DNA from: Octopus vulgaris
Taxonomy: Eukaryota
Reading direction: 5' to 3'
Assembly: GCA_951406725.2 (NCBI GenBank)
Contig: OX597821.1
Location: 26,164,001 to 26,228,000, forward strand
DNA: 64,000 bases
Every line of letters begins with the position of its first letter. Position 1 is the first letter of the stretch. Shown one piece after another: positions 1 to 12,369 of the stretch. A program made the position numbers and the translations under genes. The notes below the pieces were generated by a model. That model was not told the origin of the DNA. It ran no database searches and saw only the letters and a list, made by a program, of their open reading frames with translations.

Positions 1-268
1 AAGAAGGAAGAAGAAGACTGAGAAGAAGAAGGAGAAGAAGAAGAAAAAGAAGAAGGAGAAGGAGAAGAAGGAGAAGAAGAAGAAGGAGAAGAAGAAGAAG
101 ATGAAGAAGAAGAAGAAGAAGAAGATGAAGAAGAAGAAGAAGAAGAAAAAGAAGGAGGAGAAGAAGATGAAGAAGAAGGAAGAGGAGGAGGAGGAGGAGG
201 AGAAGAAGAAGAAGAAGAAGAAGAAGAAGAAGAAGAAGAAGAAGAAGAAGAAGAAGAAGAAGAAGAAA
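1..268. repeat. (GAA/GAG)n trinucleotide microsatellite
   Basis: Direct reading; explains the poly-K/E ORF 101..307. Confidence 0.97.
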
Positions 269-282
269 TATGGGGGGGAGTT

Positions 283-445
283 TTCATGCACAGGCGACCT
301 TTTTTGAGAAGTGGGCTGCACGAGACGTGACTCATCATCAGGCGAACCGCAATACCAAAAAAAAAAAAAAAAAAAAGAGAAATCGAAGTAATTTTTCGTT
401 GGCATGCCATTCAGAAAGACCTGCCGGCCGCTGTTTGCTTGAGAC
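283..445 (+). mobile_element. Short hAT-like MITE, decayed (same family as 3784-3928)
   Basis: Aligns by eye to the reverse complement of 3784-3928 (ctttttgagaag...tcaggcgaaccgca...taatttttcgttg...agaaagacctgc). Confidence 0.55.
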
Positions 446-799
446 TGTTTTAGATATTGTGGTCCACAGCACAAAGAAACTCTGAGTGAAAACATCTTCA
501 ATAGTAGACTTTTATCCTCAGAGTCAACAAAGAAATATTTCATCAATTAATATTGATCAATAATGCTATCTGGGGGCCGGCATGTCAAAGAATAAACCAA
601 CGTTTCCTCTGCGTGTCGTAAAAGGCGATTAAAAGAAGTTGAGGTAGGATTTGCACTCCGACCTAAAAACCCTCACCAGCTACGAGTGTTGCAAAGGTGT
701 CATCCCTCAGGAGTAGAGAGTTACTAACAAATGATGGATGCAATACTTCAATATTGGTGATAAAAATTTCTCAGCCAACAGAAAACTAATAATTGCTTC

Positions 800-999
800 A
801 AACAAGACCAGCAACTTAGGGGAATGGGGTAAGTTGAATAGATCGGACCCCCCTACTCAATTTGGTATTTATTTTATCGAACGCGAAAGGATGAAAGGAA
901 AAGTTGCCCTCGGCGGGATTTGAACTCAAAACGTAAAGAGGAACGGAATGCCGCTAAGCATTTTGCCCGTCGTGCTAACAGTTCTGCCAACTCGCCGCC
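800..999 (-). mobile_element. tRNA-derived SINE family A (short-tail type)
   Basis: Minus-strand head ggcggcgagttggcagaa, B-box-like gagttcaaatcc, central ctttcatcctttcg...gataaaataaatacc. Confidence 0.85.
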
Positions 1000-2312
1000 T
1001 TAAAAAGACTAGTAATAAATAGCTAGTTATATGCTTTACTGAATTTAGTCGGACATATCACAACTCCCAGGGTCAACTTCTGATTTTCGGTTCTCCTCTG
1101 TCAATCAGTAACTGTAATGCATTAAGGTCGAGTCTATTACACTGTACACCATACTTTAAAAATAGTTGCATTTTGTCAAAAGAACTCAGGATTTCAATAA
1201 AGGAATAAGTTAGCTTTTAATAAACGAATCAGCTAGGCTAATTAACAAGAGATTCTTTCTATATGGTGTTCCAAACGAATACTATTCTGGGATATTATGT
1301 AAGTCAGGAATATGTTTCCTCATTGATCAAAGTCCTTTATAATACAAGTTGCAGGTAAACGTACCAAGAAAAACAGTTGCTTATATAAAGTTACCTATTT
1401 TTTTTTCTTTTGAGTTTACAGTTGAATGATTATTGGTGGATCTGAGAGTAGCAATTTTATTGACCATTTTCCCCAAGTATTATTCCATCTATTTATAAAA
1501 CTATAAATCTAATTATACATCAATTTATTTATATCCTTTTCTATATTCTCTCTATACCTACCCGAGTTAACTCCGCATGTTCACATAATAGGATATACTT
1601 GCTAGATATAGTAACAACGTGATTACTCTAAAGTATCATTTCTAAGAGAATCAAACAGATTAAATAGAACCAATTCCATTCTCACTTTTCTGGCTTGCAG
1701 ACATTGCTTAATTCTTCCCCTGGTATTTTCTTCCCTCGAATGAACGAAAGGTAGGCGTTATTTGTGAGAATCTTTGCCGAATTGCATCCAACAGAGGAGA
1801 GAAGCGAGAGATTCTAAAGAAAAGAAATATTCTCAACAGACGAATAATTCTTGGCTGATCTTTCCCATTACAAGCTGAAATTAATGTTTTCGTTGGCAGA
1901 GAAGTTCGCCATACTGCCAATGATAACCCGCTGTACAGTAGACTGTCGGAAAATAAAATAATAAAAAAAATAATAAAATAATACAAGGATTGATTCTATT
2001 TTGGTTTATTGATTTTCTTCATCCAGTTTCAGCTTCTCAAAGCGATGACATCATATTCGTACAATCCACATAGCAGTCTCCTTTGCTCTTCACTCAAACA
2101 ACTGCTTTGCTTTGTCTCTCTCTTTCTTTTTATTCTTTATTTATTTTTAAAATACGAAAAGCCGACTCGGGAGCTTAGAGGGACTCTAAGATGAACCTTT
2201 AGTTTAACAAACTAAACAAGAAGCAACTGTCGGATTTTGCAGTGTTTAGCTATCATTGGTTTTTAATACAGACCGAATTATGTTTTTATTACTCTTTATT
2301 AGTTTATTTTTT

Positions 2313-2657
2313 TTTTACTTGTTTCATTCATTGGATTGAGGCCATGCTTGAGCATCGCCCCATAGAATTAGTCGAACAAATCGACCACAGTGCTTATCTT
2401 AAAATCAGGTTCATATTCTTGCATTCTCTCTCGATGAACAGTTAGGTTATAGGGACATGAAACAAACCTACTAGTGATAGGGTACCAACACAAAGTCTGA
2501 CTCGTGCGTACACTTTCTCTCTCTCTCACACAAAAACACTAACACACACACGGCATTGGTTGGCTCAGGACTTAAATAAAAGATTTCGCACAGTGGGACT
2601 GAAACCAAAACTATGTGGTTGCAAAGCGAATTGTTTAACACAACCATAACCGCGTCT
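2313..2657 (-). mobile_element. SINE family B (CORE-like), decayed
   Basis: Homologous to the intact copies at 5165 and 33578. Confidence 0.75.
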
Positions 2658-2740
2658 ATTATTTATCAATGATTATTATTATTAATAGCAATAATAAATC
2701 TCTGAGAAAGATGTAAACAGTAGCAGCACAACACCGTGAA

Positions 2741-3110
2741 GTATATTTGCCACCTAAATGTGGCTGACCCATATGGGACGATGCTACTGTAGTTTATAGC
2801 CCTAGGAAGACATCTCCTCCAGCTGGCTAATGACACACTGTCTGTGTCCGATCAGTATTTGCGAAGGGAAATCATCGTTCCCATCTCTCGCCTGACGTGA
2901 TACACACAGACCCGGGTTTCTGAGTAGTAACCCGTCATCAGCGTGTGACGATCACCGGCTAGGGATGAGAAGTGATTCCGAACGCAAAATACTCTATAAT
3001 CGGGCACAGACAGTGTGTCGTTAACCAGCTGGAGGAGATGTCTTCCTGGGGCTATAAACGACAGTAGCATCGTCCCATATTGGTTAGCCACATTTAGGTG
3101 GCAAATATAC
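2741..3110. mobile_element. ~370-bp foldback element: 112-bp inverted arms around a structured core carrying a hammerhead ribozyme
   Basis: 2741-2852 and 2999-3110 are reverse complements with 7 mismatches; the inner 146 nt also pairs imperfectly. Confidence 0.9.
2897..2955 (-). ncRNA. Minimal type I hammerhead ribozyme
   Basis: Minus strand: gugau-cgu-cacacg CUGAUGA c GGGU uacu ACUC a GAAA cccggg UC / ugugug-u-aucac. Stem I, stem II and the palindromic stem III (ACCCGGGU) all pair. Predicted GUC cleavage lies between 2909 and 2908. Confidence 0.8.
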
Positions 3111-3360
3111 CTCTATTATTATTATATTTTTGTTTTATTTAAATTAAATTAATACGAAGAAAGAGAACCGCCTATGACCATTAAAAGACCTCGGAAAATG
3201 GTGGTGACTGTGGGAAGGGGAAACTCAAAGGTTGGTGTCGTAAATTGTTGTACATCAAATATCACGTTATTCTCAGACCTGGTCTGATACTTGCAACAGA
3301 GTGGGTACTGTTAAAGGTAAAGATTAACTTGGCTGTATGTGTTCAACTGGACTGCGTATT

Positions 3361-3759
3361 CTTTTCTACTCTAAGCATAAGGCTCGAAATTTTGGGGGAG
3401 GGGGAGTCGATTACATCGACCCCCCCCCAGTACGCAACTGGTACTTAATTTATCGACCACGAAAGGATGAAAGGAAAAGTCGACTTCGACGGAATTTGAA
3501 CTCAGAACGTAAAGACAGACGAAATACCTATTTCTTTACTACCCACAAGGGGCTAAACACAGAGAGGACAAACAAGGACAGACAAACGGATTAAGTCGAT
3601 TATATCGACCCCAGTGCGTAACTGGTACCTATTTAATCGACCCGGAAAGGATGAAAGGCAAAGTCGACCTCGGCGGAATTTGAACTCAGAACGTAGCGGC
3701 AGACGAAATACCGCTTAGCATTTCGCCCGGCGTGCTAACGCTTCTGCCAGCTCGCCGCC
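3361..3759 (-). mobile_element. SINE A head-to-tail dimer (long-tail monomer + short-tail monomer)
   Basis: Two central domains; junction aaagaaata|ggtatttcgtctg; 16-bp TSD aactggactg(c/t)gtatt flanks the whole dimer. Confidence 0.9.
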
Positions 3760-3783
3760 GTAACTGGACTGTGTATTAAATTA

Positions 3784-3928
3784 GTCATGGACATACTGAC
3801 GGCCGCAGGACTTTCTCAAAGACACAACAACGAAAAATTATCTTGAATGTTTTTTCGTTGTGCGGTCCGCCTGGTGATCAGCCATGACTCATGCCGCTTG
3901 CTTCTCGAAAAAGGCTGTCCATGCCTGT
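3784..3928 (-). mobile_element. Short hAT-like MITE
   Basis: Ends gtcatggaca...tgtccatgcctg form an inverted repeat; related copy at 283-445. Confidence 0.6.
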
Positions 3929-4237
3929 ATTAAATCAACCGCCCGTAAAATGGACGACGACTACTGAAACAGGAAAGGAGATATGAAAGAGACTGGGAGA
4001 TAGGAAGTTCATACTTCATTAAGGAACATTTGTGGGATAAATGAATTAAGGGAGTTTAACTTGACATCGAAACCGGATTCTAAAGCAGCATTTGTACTAA
4101 ACGGCATTTATATGCGTTTACGAACGATAATTTCTTTTTTTCTTTTTCGTGTAGTGAGGTTATGACATTCAAGCATTTTCCAAGAGTGCAAGCAGTGCAA
4201 GTCAGACAAATCCAAATGGGAATTGACAGCGTGGTCC

Positions 4238-4239
<2 letters not shown>

Positions 4240-4335
<96 letters not shown>

Positions 4336-4410
4336 ACTCACACACACACACACACACGCGCGCACGCACACAACACACATGCACACACACACACACACGC
4401 ACGCACACAC
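4240..4410. repeat. (CA)n microsatellite
   Basis: Direct reading. Confidence 0.95.
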
Positions 4411-4413
4411 ATA

Positions 4414-4554
4414 CAATTTCCGTCTTACAAATACACCCACAAGGCTTTGGTCAGTCCGGGCTATAGGAGAAAATACCCACCCAAAATACGACATAGGGGA
4501 ACTGAATCAGAAGTGGTTGCGATGCAAACTTCATTACCACACAGCCATACCTGC
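4414..4554 (-). mobile_element. SINE B 5' part, decayed
   Basis: cacaaggctttggtc...gctatagg...cacagccatacctgc matches family B. Confidence 0.7.
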
Positions 4555-4696
4555 TTCCAAAGGGGTTACATTTGAGAGAAATTTGGTTGTTATTTCTAGC
4601 CGGCTCAACGACTATATTGAAGTCTGTCAGGTGTTCCAATCTGAGGTGTTGTGTCAATGTCAGAAAGCAATATCACTTTCAGCTTTAAGATTTTTA

Positions 4697-4880
4697 GCTG
4701 GCAGAAGTGTTAGCATGCCGGGTAAAATACTTAGCGACATTTCTTCCAAATTCCGCAGAGGTCGACTTTGCTTTTCATCCTTCTGGGGTTGATAAAATAA
4801 GTACCAGTTGAACATTGGGGTCGATGCAAAAAACGACTTACCCACTTGCTCGAAATTGCTGGCCTTGTACCAAAATTTGT
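4697..4880 (+). mobile_element. SINE A
   Basis: gctggcagaagtgttagcatgccggg...gtcgactttgcttttcatcc...aagtaccagttg. Confidence 0.8.
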
Positions 4881-5164
4881 CAGAGCTGTTTACGTTTGGA
4901 ATTCAAATTTCTTAGAGCTGTCACATTTGTTATTTAAAGCTTCCAAGACTAAAGTAGCTTATTTAACGATAACATTCTGATCGATCATATTGCATTATAA
5001 ACCCTCTCTTGACAAATATGCAGCTTCGTACCTAGCCTAAGTATTACACCTGGGTATGAAGATTTAAGTATTATTATGATTTATGTGACGAAGACGAAGG
5101 GGGAAAAAAGGTTTCTATCTTATTATGAAAACAAGAGAGAAACCTCTACGTGTTTTCAATTCAT

Positions 5165-5580
5165 TCTTTTATTCTTTTATTCTTTTACTTGTTTCTGTAA
5201 TTTGACTGCGGCCATGCTGGAGCACCGCCTTTAGTCGAGCAAATCGACCCCGGGACTTATTCTTTGTAAGCCCAGTACTTATTCTATCGGTCTCTTTTGC
5301 CGAACCGCTAAGTGACGGCGACGTAAACACACCAGCATCGGTTGTCAAGCAATGCTAGAGGGACAAACACAGACACACAAACATACACACACACATACAT
5401 ATATGTATATATATATACGACAGGCTTCTTTCAGTTTACTTCTACCAAATCCACTCACAAGGCATTGGTCGGTCCGGGGCTATAGCAGAAGACACTTGCC
5501 CAAGTAGCCACGCAGTGGGACTGAACCCGGAACCATGTGGTTGATTAGCAAGCTACTTACCACACAGCCACTCCTGCGCC
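5165..5580 (-). mobile_element. SINE B, full length (tRNA head, CORE-like ttgggcaagtgtctt, internal TA/CA tract, short A-rich repeat tail)
   Basis: Near-identical to the copies at 9070, 33578, 50325 and 55677. Confidence 0.92.
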
Positions 5581-5943
5581 CTTGCTGATAAAAGCAATCA
5601 ATTTCCCATCAAACACACACCGTAGCGTTTTAAAAGAAGGTTAGGACGGGATGATCGTGATTGGAACGCTCTGGTCATAGGCTCATTCAATCAGAGTTGA
5701 CTGAGAGTGCGGGTTAAATATCAACAGCAATAACAATAACAATAACAATAACTGCTGGATATTGATTTTTGCCATTTCCCTGTCGTTATGTACAGTAGGA
5801 GGGTAGAGTTTGTTTCGCAACAGCATCGATCCGGGTATGATTCCAGTGCGGGGTAACCTTAGGCAAGTGTCTTCACTCATAGCCTCGGGTTGAACAATAC
5901 CTTGTGAGTAGAATTTAGTAAACGGAAATACTGTGAACGCCGA

Positions 5944-6319
5944 TCATACATACATACATACATACATACATACATACATACATACATACATACATACAGA
6001 CATACATACATACATACATACAGACACACATACATACATACATACATACAGACATACATACATACATACAGACACACATACATACATACATGCATACATG
6101 CATACATACATACATACATACATACATACGTACATACATACATACATACATACATACGTACATACATACATACATACAGACATACATACATACATACATA
6201 CATACATACATACGTACGTACGTACGTACATACATACATACATACATACATACATACATACATACATACATACGTACGTACATACAGACACACATACATA
6301 CATACATGCATACATGCAT

Positions 6320-6354
<35 letters not shown>

Positions 6355-6378
6355 TACATACATACATACATAAATACA

Positions 6379-6407
<29 letters not shown>
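5944..6407. repeat. (CATA)n microsatellite
   Basis: Direct reading; explains the YVCM/HTYI ORFs. Confidence 0.95.
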
Positions 6408-6409
<2 letters not shown>

Positions 6410-6592
6410 GCATGAGAGGACATACGTAAAAGAAAACGTATAAATCTGCACATATACATACATACAGACATACAACCAAACAAAAATATCCTGTTGTTGA
6501 TGTTGAAATTCCAATGAAGGAGCCTTGGATCTAGGTTAGTAACCGGCTCTTTCTCTATTGGCAAGAATTCTTGAAATAAAACTAAGTAATGA
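6408..6592 (+). mobile_element. 3'UTR fragment of a (CATA)n-embedded RLE-type non-LTR retrotransposon
   Basis: Homologous to 6865-7122; flanked on both sides by (CATA)n. Confidence 0.7.
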
Positions 6593-6624
6593 CATACATA
6601 CATACATACATACATACATACATA

Positions 6625-7122
6625 CTAAACTATTGAGGAACCTACAGCTACTCTGTTTAGATTACAAATTCAAGTTTATACCTGTAATTATTGTGTCAGT
6701 GGTTAAACACACTGCCTAAATACCAATCTTGAGAAATTAGGCTTCTTAAAACCAGAAAAGAGAAAGTTAATTCGAAGACTACAGATCCAATCCATCACTG
6801 GAACTGTAAACATCTGTAAAACTTTCATTTAAGTATATATGAGCATGTCTTGACATGCAACTCTATGCATGAGAGTACATACATAAAACAAAACATACAA
6901 ATCTGCACACATACATACATATATACATACATACATACATACATACATACATACATACATACATACATACATGCATACATGCATACATACATACATACAT
7001 ACATACATACAAAACATCCGAAAATACCCTGTTGATGTTGAAATTCCAATGAAGGAGCCTTGGATCTAAGTTAGAAACCGAGTCTTTATTGGCAAGAAAT
7101 CTTGAAAAAAACTGAATAATGA
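6625..7122 (+). mobile_element. 5'-truncated RLE-type (R4/Dong-like) non-LTR retrotransposon: ORF C-terminus + 3'UTR
   Basis: Translates across a frameshift to KLLRNLQLLCLDYKFKFIPVII...THCLNTNLEKLGFLKPEKRKLIRRLQIQSITGTVNICKTF. This resembles the IPVIIGALG-type RLE C-terminus also seen at 21.7 and 23.8 kb. Confidence 0.65.
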
Positions 7123-7224
7123 CCTACCTACCTACCTACATACATACATACATACATACATACAAACATACATACATACATACATACATACATACATACA
7201 TACATACATACATACATACATACA

Positions 7225-7259
<35 letters not shown>

Positions 7260-7890
7260 GTATCAAAAGCTTGCATGAAGTATCGATAAGTTTATGACAA
7301 CACACTTTGAAGGCTGCTTCCAATGCAATTCAAGAACAAGGGATCACCAAGTACACGAGGCATAAATAGCAGAAAACACTGACAGACAACAACAAATGTA
7401 AGCTGTGCAAAATTAAACCTGAAGACATCAACTACATTATTACCATCTGCGAGATAATATCTTTTAGATATTGTTTTTCCCATGGGGTGTGATGTAGAGC
7501 CAGTTCAATCTGGAACAGAATCAGAAGAAAACACATCCAACTGACAAAATCGACTAAACTGAGATTAAGGGGTTAAACATATATTGGTGGAACTTAAAAA
7601 TTAAGATAGCCATCAAGTCAAAATACAACGAGATAGCAGAAAGACATTTTTTTTCAACACGTAAATACTGAACAGTATATATAAAGGATAAAATCCTTTT
7701 AAGAGTAGAAAAATTTGCCGGTAACCAGCCATGAGGATTGATCTCACACCCCTCCAATATCCGGTTGGAGTGTTCTATATACTGTTCTGTATTTACATGT
7801 TGGAAAAAAATTATCTTTCTACTTGTTCTAGATAACATTTCAACGCTTCAAAAACAAACTTATGTTTGCTTACATATGACAACTAGATAA

Positions 7891-8296
7891 ATTTCTTTAC
7901 TACCCACAAGGGCCTAAACACAGAGGGGACAAACAAGGACAGACAACCGGATTAAGTCGATTATATCGACCCCTGTGCGTAACTGGCACTTATTTAATCG
8001 AGCCAGAAAGGATGAAAGGCAAAGTTGACCTCGCCGGAATTTGAACTCAGAACGTAGCGGCAGACGAAATACCTATTTCTTTATTGCCCGCAAGGGCCTA
8101 AACACAGAGGGGACAAACAAGGACAGACAAACGGATTAAGTCGATTATATCGACCCCAGTGCGTAACTGGTACTTATTTAATCGACCCCGAAAGGATGAA
8201 AGGCAAAGTAGACCTCGGCGGAATTTGAACTCAGAACGTAGCGGCAGACGAAATACGGCTATGCATTTCGCCCGGCGTGCTAACGTTTCTGCCAGT
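7891..8296 (-). mobile_element. SINE A dimer (two long-tail monomers)
   Basis: Tandem duplication with junction aaagaaata|ggtatttcgtctgccg. Confidence 0.9.
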
Positions 8297-8706
8297 TGTG
8301 GGAGCACGGGAGAAAAAATATGCACTGTCGTGGATATGCACAGCGGCCTTCTAGAGACCAACGTGGTCGGGAAAATACAGGAGAAAGAAAACGTCTGTGG
8401 ATCATTGATGAGAAGTTTGCAGATCTAGTACCCAAGATACGTTTTCAGTTTCGTACCTGTTAATAATGGAGTAACACGATACGTACCAATCCACCTGGAG
8501 CAAAGTATGGATGAACATGGGTTCTTGGGAAGAGACTGCATATTAACTCATACGCTACAAATGATCACGATAACCGAGACAATAATAATCTGCAAGGACT
8601 TCTTAAGATGTAAACGACGATGAACAAAACAAGATGCTCTTCTCCACAACCTTGCTACTAAGCAGCTTGACTTAAAAAGAGAAAAAGAAAACATACATAC
8701 ACGCAT

Positions 8707-8793
<87 letters not shown>

Positions 8794-8950
8794 AACGAAG
8801 GCGTCTATACGCAATATAAAACCAAAAAAAGGAAAATTAAGAGTTTAAAATATTCATAGCCTCAAGGAAGCACAGTTCCATACACTGACAGGGGAGATAA
8901 CTGCTCCACAACAAACATACACACACATATACTTACATGAACTAACCATA

Positions 8951-8989
<39 letters not shown>

Positions 8990-9069
8990 CATGTACATAC
9001 GTAGGCTATATTGCATTGCAGAATAGGCTTTAGCGAGCATTAAAATCTGTAGACTTAGGTAGTATATAT

Positions 9070-9475
9070 ACTCTTTACTCTTTTACTTGTTTCAGTCATT
9101 TGACTGCGGCCATGCTGGAGCACCGCCTTTAATCGAGCAACTCGACCCCGGGACTTATTCTTTGTTAGCCCAGTAATTATTCTATCGGTCTCTTTTGCCG
9201 AACCGCTAAGTGACGGGGACATAAACACACCAGCATCAGTTGTCAAGCAATGCTAGGGGGACAAACACAGACACACAAACATGCACACACACACATATAT
9301 ATATATACATATATACGACGGGCTTCTTTCAGTTTCCGTCTACCAAATCTACTCACAAGGCTTTGGTCGGCCCGAGGCTATAGTAGAAGTCACTTGCCCA
9401 ATGTGCCTCGCAGTGGGACTGAACCCGGAACCATGTGGTTGGTTAGCAAGCTACTTACCACACAGCCACTCCTGT
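9070..9475 (-). mobile_element. SINE B, full length
   Basis: Matches the family B consensus end to end. Confidence 0.92.
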
Positions 9476-9790
9476 GGGTGTTTATATTCAAATCAGTCTA
9501 AATAGTTGTGTTATTGCGTCCAGTAATCTAGCAATTCGTCAAACAGAAAATGATAAAACGAACACCTGACTGAAATAAGAAGTATTTCGGAGTTGATATA
9601 ATTTGCTAAAAGCCTTGCAGACGATGTCCCTAGCATGACTACAGTTCAGAAACCGAAACCAGTGAAGGGTAAAGTGTGGAAATAAAGTTTCGAGCAGATC
9701 TGGTTCAATCTCTCCCTTTCCCTCTCTTTCTCTCTCCGTCTCTGATAGGTCTGTGTGTCTGTCTGCAATTTTGTCTCTGTCTCTCTGTCT

Positions 9791-9843
<53 letters not shown>

Positions 9844-9892
9844 TCTTCCATACAATGACATACCCAGTTACAGACAGTTACAGAAGCAGTTG

Positions 9893-10065
9893 CGTATACA
9901 CATTTACATATACACATTTACATATACACATTTACATACACACATTTACATATACACATTTACATATACACATTTACATATACACATTTACATACACACA
10001 TTTACATATACACATTTACATATACACATTTACAAATACACATTTACATACACACATTTACATAT
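9893..10065. repeat. 14-bp minisatellite (atatacacatttac)n
   Basis: About 12 tandem units read directly. Confidence 0.9.
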
Positions 10066-10245
10066 ACGCACACATAACTCATTACTTTTAATCAGGCTGC
10101 TTTCTTCATGGTCGTTCGACCCGTAGAAATATCAGCCAAATTCACCTCAAATCATACTGTGGTCCTAGATACCCTAAGTCTGAATAATAAATAGTGTTTG
10201 ATCATATGACCGATCATAGTTTTTCCAATATCAGGTACTATTACC

Positions 10246-10632
10246 GCGGCAAGCTGGCAGAAACGTTAGCACGCCGGGCGAAATGCTTAGCAGTATTTCG
10301 TCTGCCGCAACGTTCTGAGTTCAAATTCCGCCGAGGTCGACTTTGCCTTTCATCCTTCGGGGTCGATAAATTAAGTACCAGTTACGCACTGGGGTCGATA
10401 TACTCGACTTAATCCGTTTGTCTGTCCTCTCTGTGTTTAGCCCCTTGTGGGTAATAAAGAAATAGGCATTTCGTCTGCCGCTACGTTCTGAGTTCAAATT
10501 CCGCCGAGTTCGACTTTGTCTTTCATCCTTTCAGGGTTGATAAATTAAGTACCAGTTGCCTACTGGTGTCGATCTAATAGACTGGCCCCCTCCCCTAAAA
10601 TTTCGGACCTTGTGCCTAGAGTAGAAAAGAAT
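10246..10632 (+). mobile_element. SINE A dimer (long-tail + short-tail)
   Basis: Junction aaagaaata|ggcatttcgtctgccg; flanking direct repeat aatatcaggtac(t/c)att. Confidence 0.9.
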
Positions 10633-10944
10633 ATCAGGTACCATTCCATTGACATCTAAGAATGTGTTATAGAAATCGATCTCAGTGCCTTACAGGAGTA
10701 CTTTATTGTACCGTCCTGGAAGGATAAATAAGTAAAGTTGATCTCATCAGGATTCGAACCAAGAATGTAATGATCCGAAACTAAATACCGCAAGCATTTT
10801 GTTCGACGCTTTAAGAATTTTGCCGAATCCATAGTACCACATCAGGAGAGGCCAGGGGCTAAACAACAACAACTGCAACAGCAACAACAACAAAAGCAAC
10901 AAATTTTAACAAAGTGGAACTTGGATATTTTTAAAACTTTTTAT

Positions 10945-11365
10945 TATGCTTGTTCCAGTCATTTCACTGTTGCCATGCTGGGGCACCACATTGACGGGGT
11001 TTAGTCGAACCTAGTACTTATTCTATCAGCCTCTTAAGCCAGATCGCAAAGTTACTGGGACGTAAACACACCAACACCCGTTGTCAAGCGGTGGTGGGCG
11101 ACAAACATAGACACAAAGACACACACATATATATATACATATGCATACGTATACATACATATATATATGCATATATATATATGTATGTATATATGTATAT
11201 ATTTATATACGACAGGCTTCTTTTCAGTTTCCGTCCACCAAATTCACTCACAAGACTTTGGTCGACCTGAAGCTATTAGTAGAAGACACTCGCCCAACGT
11301 GCTTTGCTGTGGGACTGAACGCGGAACTATGAAGTTGGGAAGCAAGCTTCTTACTACACAGCCAT
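10945..11365 (-). mobile_element. SINE B, older copy
   Basis: Homology to family B; a further 3'-half copy lies at 11673-11940. Confidence 0.8.
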
Positions 11366-12320
11366 ATATGTGTTTGTGTGTATGTGTGTGTGTGTATGTG
11401 TGTGTGTGTGTATGTGTGTGTGCGTGTGTGTATGTGTATGTCTGTTTATATATGCGGATGCCTATGCATATGATTGTATGTGCGTATGAACACGTGTACA
11501 TATATGTATTTATGTACGTGTGCATCAATGTTTATGTTTGCACGCATGCGTGTGCATGTGCGTGTGTATGTGTTTGCGTCGTGTACTAGCATACCTATGC
11601 GTACATGTGATTGTATGTACGTATGTGTGTATGCGTGTGTGTGTATGTGTGTGTGTATGCGCCCGGACATCAACTCTTTTACTCGGTTTCAGTCATTTGA
11701 CTGCGGCCATGCTGGAGCACCGGCTTTTTTTTTTTTAATCGAGCAACTCGACCCCAGGACTTATTCTTTTGTAAGCCCAGTACTTATTCTATCGGTCTCT
11801 TTTGCCGAACCGCTAAGTAACGGGGACATAAACACACCAGCATCGGTTGTCAAGCATCGGTTGTCAAGGGGGACAAACACAGACACACAAACACAAACAC
11901 ACATATATACATATATATATATATATGTATGTATATATGTATAGAATATAACTAGATAGAATTCTTAAGCAAACCAAGACCTATCGACCATACCCCAAGT
12001 TGTACCACGGCTCATATAGCCTTACCCATCATACAATTCTAAGGCACTACTACTCACCCTCACTCTTGTTCTCGACCTTCTCTCATCCTCACTACATAGA
12101 GAGCCCTGTTTCTACCGCAGCTCTTACCTTCTTCCAGCTCCCTTTATTCACCCTCGTCCCGCCATCGCCTCAATCAGCTGCAAGTCGGCTATACCTCATA
12201 CGTAGATTCCTGCATTTGCCAATGCCGTTACAACTTTTGGTCCCTGTCACATTTCCTCTTCTGTCTTTCTCACAGAAACCCATCTAAACATACACACAAA
12301 CACACTCACACACACACACT

Positions 12321-12351
<31 letters not shown>

Positions 12352-12369
12352 ACAAATATACGCATACTT

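Noticed and set aside
600-645. cctctgcgtgtcgtaaaaggcgattaa resembling HDV-like ribozyme or SINE tail motifs
   Set aside because: I could not build the nested double pseudoknot by eye.
6511-6561. Possible hammerhead (ccaatga...gaaaccg) in the CATA-associated LINE 3'UTR
   Set aside because: The core is not CUGANGA, and a simple stem-loop (gaaggagcc/ggctctttc) explains the sequence better.
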